Below are positions 8,036-16,630 of a stretch of DNA of 64,000 nt, piece after piece (the stretch's first letter is position 1; each line of letters begins with the position of its first letter). Origin of the DNA: Gemmatimonadales bacterium. GTDB taxonomy: Bacteria; Gemmatimonadota; Gemmatimonadetes; Gemmatimonadales; GWC2-71-9. Under the pieces are notes generated by a model. The model was not told the DNA's origin, ran no database searches, and saw only the letters and a program-made list of their open reading frames with translations. The position numbers were made by a program, and so were the translations under genes. Where the stretch lies: contig JBBCJC010000001.1 in the NCBI GenBank assembly GCA_037189525.1, positions 512,001 through 576,000 on the forward strand, written 5' to 3'.

Positions 8036-10746
8036 TACGACTCCTCACCTACGTTACCAGAAGTATTCTTCTCAGACAGAATATCGTCGTACGTGCGGTC
8101 GTACTCGATGTCTTCTCCCTCTTCATCAAATAATTGCATCTGATCACTTGGTACGCGTTTTACACTGAACCTATCCTTAAACAGATCAGGCTCCAAGAGA
8201 AGGAGGACAAAATCATCGCAAGTGAGTTGGACACTATCACGCTTTGACAGGGCGAGCGTGCAGTATGGCAGTAGCAGACGACGCAGGTACAGGCGCGGAA
8301 CAAAAGCCCCCCGAACGCTTTTCCCTCGACTATCTCGCATAAACAATCCATAGCGGATTAGATCGCGGTAAATTTCGCGCGCAAGGCCTTCAATCCTAAA
8401 ATCATCCACAATCTCAAGTCGAAATGCCATTCTCGGCACTTCACGGGGCACAGAACCTTCACGAATCGTGTAGGCAGGTCCAGCCAGCAATTGGGTTGCT
8501 GCGTCCACGAAAGCCTCCACTATCGCTTTTAGGTGGTCACCATAGTGACCTTGAAGTGCATACTGACCCCTAGCTTCGTTGAGGACCGCCAGTTCATGCT
8601 TGACAACATCGGGGCTGGTTGGCTCGTTTCGAGTATGTGAATTCAGCCACTCGCCACCTCGATTGCGAAACACACGGTCCTGAACGATGGGGTCTACAGG
8701 TGTCACGACGATCTCCTCACCTGGATGACGTGGCCCCTGATCAAGAACGTCGGTGATCAACTGGATCATTGTTCGCGTGTCGCCCGACCAAAGATTCGCG
8801 AACACGTCCTCGCCGTGGTAAAGTACGCGACCTCGCGACCGGCCCCGTCGCTGCGACTTCGCCGATACCGGGGGAGGCTCTGATGACGGTACCCCTTGGT
8901 GAGAAAGGCGGAGCCGACGAGCAAACTCTGTCTTGGTGATGCCGAGATCACCAAGCAAGCTTCGAAGATCTACCTCGCTATTCCGAACACGTGGATCTAT
9001 GCGAAGACGCCGAGAAAGTACCTCTCGAAGGAAAGCAAGTCGATCAGTGTCAGCAAGAAATAGGGACTCTTCTCCCATGTCGACAAGCTGGTAATCATCA
9101 CCGTCCTGTAGCTGCTTTCCGCTGGAGTCCTCCGGCACGAAGGTACTCCACGCTTCAGTGGCCACCTTTGCAAGAAAATCAGGCGATCGCTGCAAAAAGA
9201 GGCGATTCAGGACGCGTTGCATCGAGAGTGGTATTCTCGGAGTAGAAAAATCGTCAACGAACAACAACGCGGATCTATCGTTCATCCACGGGCAGCAGCC
9301 TCGTACCTGCTGGACAAAACGGGGGAGCCAGCGGTGCTGCGACATTTCACTCAAGCCGGGAAACAAGGGTCCTTCGGCGTCCGGAAAGCTCCACTTGATC
9401 TCTTCGAGAACAGCACGATATCGCTCAAGCCGATCCTCACCGACAACAAGTGCTTGGAACGTCTGCGGGACAAGCCATCGATGGACAAGGTCTAAAAGGG
9501 CTTCTGGCGGCGGGTCCCTAAAGCGGCCAGCACGCGCGGACTGAACTGTGAGCAAATCGCCGAGGACACAAAGGTTCGCATAGCAGGTTAACCTGGCCTG
9601 ATCTTCGACGCTTGGAACCTCTGGATAATTAGCGAATGCGTCCGCAAAATCGTTCGCATTCACATACAAAGCAACGAATCGGTCCGGAAGGTCGGCGACC
9701 TGTCCGCATTCTACTATCAGGCGTTCACTCAGCCGCCTGAACAGCATCGTCTTTCCGCATCCACGCGGACCAGTGACAACGGTTGGTATGTCAAGCGCAA
9801 GAATCTTTGACCGAGCTGGCACTGTTGGAACAAACAGCCGTCGCCACCAATCCCACCGTTCCCCTATCATTTCGCTTACTTGGAACTGGCCTACGGTTGG
9901 TTTCTCGTCCCCTGTCTGAACACCCTCAATTGCATCTGGACCAAGATTTCGATTTGCATGCCCATTCGTAGCTTGCGCCGAACGCTTGATATCCGCCAGA
10001 TGCCTGAGCAAGTCAAGTGGCTTTCGTCGCTCAGGGCCGGTTCCATCCCGCAGAAGCTTGCCAAGGTCTCGCTGCATCGAACGGAGGATGTGACGATGTG
10101 TGGGCGTCGCGACCGCATGATTCACGCGAGCGATGATACCGTCGATTATTCGCGCGAGACCATGGTAGTCGTCTTTGAGCTCAACAGCACCGCCCGTAAC
10201 ACCGTACCCGAAATCGGAGACATAAATCTCCGCACGCGGCCGTAAGGTATCGTCAAGCAGTGCCTCAGTTGGAGTACCAATGAGAATATTTCCCGAGTGC
10301 AAATCGCCATGACGCGGCACCCCCTTCACCTCACAAGCGTGCAGCACTCGCAGGATCCGCTCAACAACAGCGAGCAGGAATCCGGCGTCTACGGTACGGA
10401 CCCTTTGGAGGTACTGTGCGAGATTTTCCCCGGGCGGAACGAAATCCCAGACCGTATATTGGCATAGGTGAGTGCTACCCCCAAGGGATATACTTGCTGG
10501 CCCAAGGTCATGGAAGTGTACAACGCCGTCAACGCGATCTAAGCTGGTGACTTTCCTAAGCTCGGCTTCCCACCCACTCTTTAGACTGAAGGTTAATTTT
10601 ACAGCTCGAATAGCGTCTGGAAATTTCTCAAGGGAAGCTCGGTAGACGTAACCAATCTTACCTGCACCGATGAATTCGTGCAGCACCAAATTTCCCACAC
10701 TTTGGCCGCTCAAGTTACGGCACCAGTCGTCAGGAGGCCGAGACAT
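8035..10746 (-). CDS. Protein-kinase-like domain fused to a P-loop (ORC/CDC6-like AAA+) ATPase
   Basis: Kinase motifs: IGAGKIG, AVK, HGDLHSGN, DFG. ATPase motifs: GPRGCGKT, LLFVDD, downstream SGDTR. Confidence 0.85.
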   Translation of the reverse strand: MSRPPDDWCRNLSGQSVGNLVLHEFIGAGKIGYVYRASLEKFPDAIRAVKLTFSLKSGWEAELRKVTSLDRVDGVVHFHDLGPASISLGGSTHLCQYTVWDFVPPGENLAQYLQRVRTVDAGFLLAVVERILRVLHACEVKGVPRHGDLHSGNILIGTPTEALLDDTLRPRAEIYVSDFGYGVTGGAVELKDDYHGLARIIDGIIARVNHAVATPTHRHILRSMQRDLGKLLRDGTGPERRKPLDLLRHLADIKRSAQATNGHANRNLGPDAIEGVQTGDEKPTVGQFQVSEMIGERWDWWRRLFVPTVPARSKILALDIPTVVTGPRGCGKTMLFRRLSERLIVECGQVADLPDRFVALYVNANDFADAFANYPEVPSVEDQARLTCYANLCVLGDLLTVQSARAGRFRDPPPEALLDLVHRWLVPQTFQALVVGEDRLERYRAVLEEIKWSFPDAEGPLFPGLSEMSQHRWLPRFVQQVRGCCPWMNDRSALLFVDDFSTPRIPLSMQRVLNRLFLQRSPDFLAKVATEAWSTFVPEDSSGKQLQDGDDYQLVDMGEESLFLADTDRLAFLREVLSRRLRIDPRVRNSEVDLRSLLGDLGITKTEFARRLRLSHQGVPSSEPPPVSAKSQRRGRSRGRVLYHGEDVFANLWSGDTRTMIQLITDVLDQGPRHPGEEIVVTPVDPIVQDRVFRNRGGEWLNSHTRNEPTSPDVVKHELAVLNEARGQYALQGHYGDHLKAIVEAFVDAATQLLAGPAYTIREGSVPREVPRMAFRLEIVDDFRIEGLAREIYRDLIRYGLFMRDSRGKSVRGAFVPRLYLRRLLLPYCTLALSKRDSVQLTCDDFVLLLLEPDLFKDRFSVKRVPSDQMQLFDEEGEDIEYDRTYDDILSEKNTSGNVGEES

Positions 10747-10752
10747 ACGCAG

Positions 10753-11898
10753 CTATCGCTTGTGGTAAATCAGCACAGTTTCGTGCTTTGTTCCACGGCA
10801 CTCGCGTCGGGAGCGCCGAATATCAGGAATACTGTCCTCGTAAGAGGACGTCAGGCGATAGTCCCTCAAACGCGGAGCATTTGCGAATACTTCTTGAACC
10901 AGCTCTGCCGTACGCACGGGCTGTGATACCCTACGTGTCACGTCTCCCACCACGAGCACGAAACAACCACCTGGTAGGATGTTCCCAGCAAACCTATCGC
11001 ATACAGCCCTGAGGAGGAGGCGAAACGCCTCGGCTCGACCATGGCCACTGAGTTCCAAACCCTTTGGCAGCGTCTTATTGATAAACCAAAGCCGAAGACG
11101 ATTGTCTCGGACGTAGTCCAACTCATTCATATAAGGCGGGCTCGTAATCACCGCGCGAATCCCGCGAACTCGCGGAAACTCGCGCGCATCGCCCGTAACC
11201 ACACGACGAGGCTCTAAGTACGGCGAGGGTTGCCGCCGAAATGTTCGGAGAATTTTCGCTTCCAACCTTGGGAGCACATCGCGGGGCTCGTACAGGTCTG
11301 GGTATTCTCCTCGCGGGAATTTCCGCTCGCGGAGGTAGGGCACCAAGTGACTACTTGGATATGACAAGAACCCGGGCCGCTGGTGATGTAGTATCCCTAG
11401 GAGGCTCGCCAGTAGAAACTCGTCACCTAGTCTCACACAGGCATCGCGAAACGCTAGTGCAGATCGAAGCGTTTCCGGATGGAAGAATCTTCGAACCCAA
11501 GGAGGGACCGTTCTAAGGTCCTGGTGGGCAAACCGATTTTGGGCAACTGTCCATGCATGATGGAGACGCTTCTGAGCCGCTGCTATAGATCGAGGGGGAA
11601 ACAGTTTGGCGCGAGTAAGTAGAACCGCGTACGGATTCCAGTCACCGACCACGACTCGACGCTGCAATGCTGCGGCTTCAAGAGCAACGACACCACACCC
11701 ACAAAAGGGATCAACAATCAAGTCTCCCCTTGCCGTTTGCGAACTGATTAACTCACGCGCCATCGACGTTTTCATCCGGCCGATGTATGGTGCGAGTTGA
11801 TGTAGGCTAATGTCGGTTGCTGTGGTCGAGCCCCTTGACCATGGAACCTGACGCATGACGCTACCAAGTTTTGGTGCCGCGGGTTTCCGTTTGGGCAA
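10753..11898 (-). CDS. DNA amino-methyltransferase (SPPY motif, likely N4-cytosine; alpha-like motif order)
   Basis: DPFCGCG (SAM-binding motif I) lies N-terminal to ITSPPY (motif IV). TTG start; alternative ATG at 11856. Confidence 0.85.
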   Translation of the reverse strand: MPKRKPAAPKLGSVMRQVPWSRGSTTATDISLHQLAPYIGRMKTSMARELISSQTARGDLIVDPFCGCGVVALEAAALQRRVVVGDWNPYAVLLTRAKLFPPRSIAAAQKRLHHAWTVAQNRFAHQDLRTVPPWVRRFFHPETLRSALAFRDACVRLGDEFLLASLLGILHHQRPGFLSYPSSHLVPYLRERKFPRGEYPDLYEPRDVLPRLEAKILRTFRRQPSPYLEPRRVVTGDAREFPRVRGIRAVITSPPYMNELDYVRDNRLRLWFINKTLPKGLELSGHGRAEAFRLLLRAVCDRFAGNILPGGCFVLVVGDVTRRVSQPVRTAELVQEVFANAPRLRDYRLTSSYEDSIPDIRRSRRECRGTKHETVLIYHKR

Positions 11899-12540
11899 TT
11901 GAACCCCAATGTAGAGTGCGGCGGTTCGAGTTCATCGGACTCGCATGGACGCCGAAAAGCTGTCGCTTAAGTAATTGCTACCATTGACGATACGACGACA
12001 ACCCCCTTTTCGCCACCCTCGCCCGATGCAGCCTGTTGACCCCGTTCTGATAGCCATCTGAGTGGCTCGATCCTCCTCCAATCGTCCTGTAACCACGACG
12101 ATGATGCGATTGCGGCGCCGGCGCCGCTCTTGCCAAGCAGCGCCAACGTCTAAACAGCTGCGGGGAGCTCCGCCGAAACCTCATCAGAGAGGCGAGACGC
12201 TGGCGACACACAGGAGGCACTCGCGATCTACTCCGTCCATAGCGACCACCGCGTGGTATGGGTCGAATAGCCTCACCCCTTGAAATCGGCGCGGATGGCG
12301 TCGAGCACGTGGGCGGACACCTGTTTGAGCCGGCCCGCGATGGTCGCGAACGGTGAGATCACCACCGGCGTCGGCGTCGCCTCCTGGCACGGGTCGCCGT
12401 CATTGGGGGGCTCATCGGAAAGGGGTTTCCTTTGACGCGGAGAACCACGAAGCGAGGGCTCACCGGCCCGTCCAGGTCCGGCCATCCGCTTCGGGAAGGG
12501 CTCTCGAGTTCTTGGCTGCCCCGCCCTCCCCGCTTTGCCG

Positions 12541-13716
12541 CTACCCGGCCGGTCGTGCTTTCCAGGCGGCCAAAATCTCGGCCTCACGTTTCATTTGCTG
12601 ATCCATCGACGCTGGACCAGTCAGGCCGGCGCCCCTGAGGCCGCCACGCATGGCGCTCCGACGCTCCTCCGGTTGTTCCTTCCACCACGCCAGGGTGTCA
12701 CGGACAGTGTCGGCAAATGGCCGGAATGCCATGCCATTGGCGAAACAGCGTACCGGTGAGAGGCGGGCGAGGCCGTGGTAGGGGCCTTCTTGATCGACCC
12801 ATGGCATCAGGCTGACCGGCGGGACGCCTGATTCCGCCAGGAACGGCCCGGGTACCCAGGTCAGCTCTGGCTGCGCACCGATCGCGGCGGCGATGCCCTC
12901 GAGCATCTGGCCCATTGTCATGCCGTCTTTGGGCCCGATGGCATGGAAGGTATTGGTCAGCCGCTGTTCCACGCAGTGGAGACTGAAATCGGCGAGATCG
13001 CGCGCGTCGACGTACTGGACCGGATCGCCCGCGCTGCCAAAGGCCATCATCTCCCCGCCGCGGTCGATCCGGGCCGGGTAGTAGGTGAAACGGTCAGTGC
13101 CGTCACCAGGGCCTACGATCAGCCCCGGTCGGGTGATGGTGTAGCGGCCAGGGAATGCGGCCCGAACTTCCTCCTCGCAGGCCCCCTTGAGCTGCCCGTA
13201 ATACCGGCCCACTTCCTCCGAGCCCGGCTCCGGGAGTTCAGCTACCTGCGCATCTTCGTCGATGAAGCCCTCGGGCCAGGCGTTCTCGAACATGGCTTTG
13301 TAGAGACCGGCCGTCGACGTGAACAGGTAGTGGTCCGCTGCATCCTTGAGGAGTTGGGCGGAGTCCCGCACGTGCCGCGGCACATAGCCTGAATTGTCGA
13401 GGACCACGTCCCAGCGGTGGCCTTCCAGCGCTTTGAGGTTGCCGTCACGATCGCCCTCGAGCTTCTCGACCTCTGGAAAGAGTTGCGGATTGGTCTTGCC
13501 ACGGTTGAAGATCGTCACCTCGTGCCCCCGATCGAGGGCAGAGCGCACCATGTGCGGGCCGAGGAATCCGGTGCCGCCGAGGATGAGGACCTTGAGCGGT
13601 TTTGCGGAGTCTTTGCCGGCGCAGGACGACAGTGCAGGCAAGAGCGACATTGCCCCTGCGGCGGCAACCGAGGCGCGTACGAATTCTCGCCGGTTGGGAA
13701 CTCTTGGAGTATGCAT
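12541..13716 (-). CDS. NAD-dependent epimerase/dehydratase (atypical SDR) with Tat-like signal
   Basis: NRREFV twin-arginine motif, GGTGFLG, YGQLK, RPGLIVGP. Confidence 0.85.
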   Translation of the reverse strand: MHTPRVPNRREFVRASVAAAGAMSLLPALSSCAGKDSAKPLKVLILGGTGFLGPHMVRSALDRGHEVTIFNRGKTNPQLFPEVEKLEGDRDGNLKALEGHRWDVVLDNSGYVPRHVRDSAQLLKDAADHYLFTSTAGLYKAMFENAWPEGFIDEDAQVAELPEPGSEEVGRYYGQLKGACEEEVRAAFPGRYTITRPGLIVGPGDGTDRFTYYPARIDRGGEMMAFGSAGDPVQYVDARDLADFSLHCVEQRLTNTFHAIGPKDGMTMGQMLEGIAAAIGAQPELTWVPGPFLAESGVPPVSLMPWVDQEGPYHGLARLSPVRCFANGMAFRPFADTVRDTLAWWKEQPEERRSAMRGGLRGAGLTGPASMDQQMKREAEILAAWKARPAG

Positions 13717-13961
13717 CGGCTCTGCCTGTAGGGTTCGGGTGAGTCGGTGCCGCGGGAGGAGGGCGGCACTCACACGTCGGGTGGTGGCTGTCGGCGTTGA
13801 ATGTACTGCCTCATCGCTGAATTCACCTCAGCCGCGGCGGGCCGTGCCCCTATCCGGGATTCCGTACCCCCGCCCCCACACCCGGTTCCGCAGAATCGAG
13901 TTGCGGATCACGGGGTGCTGCCCCATGGTTGAGTGGAGAACGGATACCATGAGAGCCGAAA

Positions 13962-14897
13962 ATGAATCCGATGAGAGCTGGCGTCGCACTCCTCTGCACC
14001 TTTGCATCTGCGGTGCCGCCCGCGCGGGCGCAGGACGCTGCCGCGGTGGCCGAGGCAGTGGTCCAGACCGGAGATGTGGATCTGTTCTATCGGGTCTATG
14101 ACCGCGCCGGCGGGAAACCGTCGGCCGAACAGCTCCAGCACGAGTACCTAGACCGGGGCTCGGACGGGCTGCATCTGTTCGCCCGCCTGCGCGACATCTC
14201 CGGCGAACGGATCGCCGCAACCTTGAAGGCCAATCCTTCCCTGTATTCCGATGCCAAGCGTTGCCTGGACGTCCTGCCCGCGGCCCAGAAGCGCCTGGAG
14301 GCGGCGCTGCGCAACTTGGGACGCCTGTATCCGGCTGCGCGCTTCCCACCCGTGACCATCGCGATCGGTCGCGGCAAGCCGGTAGCGATAGGTGCGCCAG
14401 CTACCGGCATCCAGGTTGGACTCGAGGCGCTGTGCGCGACTGAATGGCTCAACGCCGACGTCGAAGACCGGATCGTCACCGTGCTCGCGCACGAGTACGT
14501 CCACGTCCAGCAGGTGGGCGCTCGCGAGCTGCGCGAGAAGGAAACGCCGACGGTGCTCGAGGTGTCGCTGCGCGAAGGCATCGCCGAGTTCGTCGGTGAG
14601 CTCATCGCCGGCGAGGTTGCCTATTCCCGGAATGCCGCCGCGGCTGTCGGGCGCGAGTTGGAGATCGAAACGCGCTTTGCCGCCGATCTCGACAAGACCG
14701 ATCTTTCGGACTGGGCCTACAATGCCACCCCCGCCACCCCCGGCGACCTCGGTTACTGGGCAGGCTACCGGATTGCCAAAGCCTACTACCAGCATGCGTC
14801 CGACAAGGTCCGCGCCGTGCGAGAGATCCTGGAGATGTCGGATCCGAAAGCGTTTCTGGCGCGGAGCGGCTGGTACCCGGGCATCGTGCTCAAATAG
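13962..14897 (+). CDS. Secreted putative Zn-dependent protease (DUF2268-like)
   Basis: Signal peptide, HEYVH zincin motif, EGIAEF, DLGYWAGY. Confidence 0.7.
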   Translation: MNPMRAGVALLCTFASAVPPARAQDAAAVAEAVVQTGDVDLFYRVYDRAGGKPSAEQLQHEYLDRGSDGLHLFARLRDISGERIAATLKANPSLYSDAKRCLDVLPAAQKRLEAALRNLGRLYPAARFPPVTIAIGRGKPVAIGAPATGIQVGLEALCATEWLNADVEDRIVTVLAHEYVHVQQVGARELREKETPTVLEVSLREGIAEFVGELIAGEVAYSRNAAAAVGRELEIETRFAADLDKTDLSDWAYNATPATPGDLGYWAGYRIAKAYYQHASDKVRAVREILEMSDPKAFLARSGWYPGIVLK

Positions 14898-14912
14898 ACA
14901 GTGGAGGCTTCA

Positions 14913-15551
14913 ATGCGATACCTGGCCCTTGTCGCAACGATCTCGAGCGGGCTTGGCGCCTGCGCTCCGGGGGACACTCCTCGCGACGCGCCGCCGGAAG
15001 GCGTGCCCGCCGCAGTTGGTGCCTCCTCTCCGCCCCTCGTGCCCGAAATCCGGTTCGACGATAGCGTCACGGTGCGGCTGGAGCTTCCGCCGCCAATGGC
15101 GCGCCTGCTCGCGGACTCCGCGCCTGGATTTGTACCTTGGTCGCTCGCGCACTACACACCAGATGTGCGCGGGTGGGCCGTCCCGAAGCCGCGGAGCGCG
15201 CTCTCAGTGGTCATCGGCGACTTCAATGGCGACAATGTCCTCGATGTGGTTGCCGACGGGTATGATCGCAGCCGCACACTGCAAATTGCGCTTGTTTCGG
15301 ATGCGGACGGATGGCTCTTCTTCACCTTGCACGCACTTCCGTTCGACACCGTTCCAGTCCCCGCGGCAAACCCGTATGCACGGTCGGGGGCGTACCTGAC
15401 CCTCGCACCTCCGGGGCGTTACGAAAGCGATTTCGAGGACGAACCGCTCGTGCTGAAGTCGGACGGATTCTATCAGGTGTACTTCGAGAAGGCTGCTGTG
15501 CTCAACTACTTTGACGGTCGAACGTTAGTCAGCTGGGTAGCAACAGACTGA
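14913..15551 (+). CDS. Hypothetical lipoprotein with FG-GAP-like Ca-binding motif
   Basis: LGAC lipobox, GDFNGDNVLD. Confidence 0.6.
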   Translation: MRYLALVATISSGLGACAPGDTPRDAPPEGVPAAVGASSPPLVPEIRFDDSVTVRLELPPPMARLLADSAPGFVPWSLAHYTPDVRGWAVPKPRSALSVVIGDFNGDNVLDVVADGYDRSRTLQIALVSDADGWLFFTLHALPFDTVPVPAANPYARSGAYLTLAPPGRYESDFEDEPLVLKSDGFYQVYFEKAAVLNYFDGRTLVSWVATD

Positions 15552-15733
15552 GCGACCTATACGACCGGAGGACTCGACTCCTGGACGGCGAACGTTACAA
15601 ATGGCGTCGGTACGCCCAACTACTCTTGGGAGCGCTACGGGTGCACATCACCTCGGCTGGTCGGTCAACCATCGCAAGCCAAATGGTCGGCGGATTCGGC
15701 TTCTGCTGATTCGAGCGTAGCTGGAGGCCTAAA

Positions 15734-16390
15734 ATGCGAGCATCGAGCGTAGTGTACCTGGGCGTGGCTGGACTAGTGGGACTCATCGGCGGTTGCGCAT
15801 CCGAGCCCGACTACCCACCTACTGTCATTGTGACCCCACGGGTCGACTACATTACGCTCGACTTCGCTCGGGTATCCGAGCACAGGCACCTCTTTGCTGA
15901 GCTTTGGTACCATATTGACGAGCCTCCCCTCGGACCAGACGAACTGACGAAGGCGCGGTTCGAGACATCTAACGGTGACCACGAAGAAGTGTGGGGTCCC
16001 GCAGAGCAGTTCCTTGTCACCCTAAAACCTGGCTACACGCTTGACTCCGTGAAGGATCGCATCGCGAGCGTCGGGCAGGTCACAGGCACCTTTCAAGGAG
16101 GGACAACATTCAGTGTCCACGTACTCCGTTTCGATATCGACCGTCGTGAGGCACATCGGATCCTGGCCTCCTGGAAGGAGGTAGCTGAGATCCGATACGA
16201 AAGGCGTGGAGACGTTTCGTTCCCTGGGAAGCAACCTCCGTATAGCTCATTTGTTGACATTCAAACGACTTCCAGCGGACAGCCAGGTGACTTCATGCTG
16301 CGCATTGCGCCTGGGGACACAGTATGGGTGACGTATCAGAACAAGGTCGGCGCCGCCGTCACGGGATGGGGCGTCGTGCCGCCCCAATAG
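15734..16390 (+). CDS. Hypothetical lipoprotein
   Basis: GGAGG SD, hydrophobic leader ending IGGC, protein-like composition. Confidence 0.6.
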   Translation: MRASSVVYLGVAGLVGLIGGCASEPDYPPTVIVTPRVDYITLDFARVSEHRHLFAELWYHIDEPPLGPDELTKARFETSNGDHEEVWGPAEQFLVTLKPGYTLDSVKDRIASVGQVTGTFQGGTTFSVHVLRFDIDRREAHRILASWKEVAEIRYERRGDVSFPGKQPPYSSFVDIQTTSSGQPGDFMLRIAPGDTVWVTYQNKVGAAVTGWGVVPPQ

Positions 16391-16630
16391 ACCGACGCCC
16401 GGCGACCGCGAGACTGACCATCTTCCAGAGCTCGTCCGAGCAGAGGCGTTTGACGTTCCGTTGACCACGGCCTGCTAGCCTAAACGACATGTGCACCTAT
16501 ACCGAACGGACAATGGCCGTGCCTTTCACCGGCCGGGACCGCCTGCCGCCGGCTTGGACCCGTCGCCACTTCAGCGCGGCTGCGCACCGGCGTCGACAAA
16601 GGGCAGCACCTCGACGTTCCGCTGCCTCCT

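Noticed and set aside
11915..11946. GGTTCGAG T-loop-like sequence at the right edge of the island as a possible att site
   Set aside because: No stem pairing and no match to the tRNA-Asn 3' end; no integrase in the window.
12184..12587. Small ORFs between the island and the SDR gene
   Set aside because: No convincing start, SD or motif; cannot be supported.
15552..16490. Possible integron attC sites around the lipoprotein genes
   Set aside because: No paired RYYYAAC/GTTRRRY boxes with an internal palindrome found by eye.
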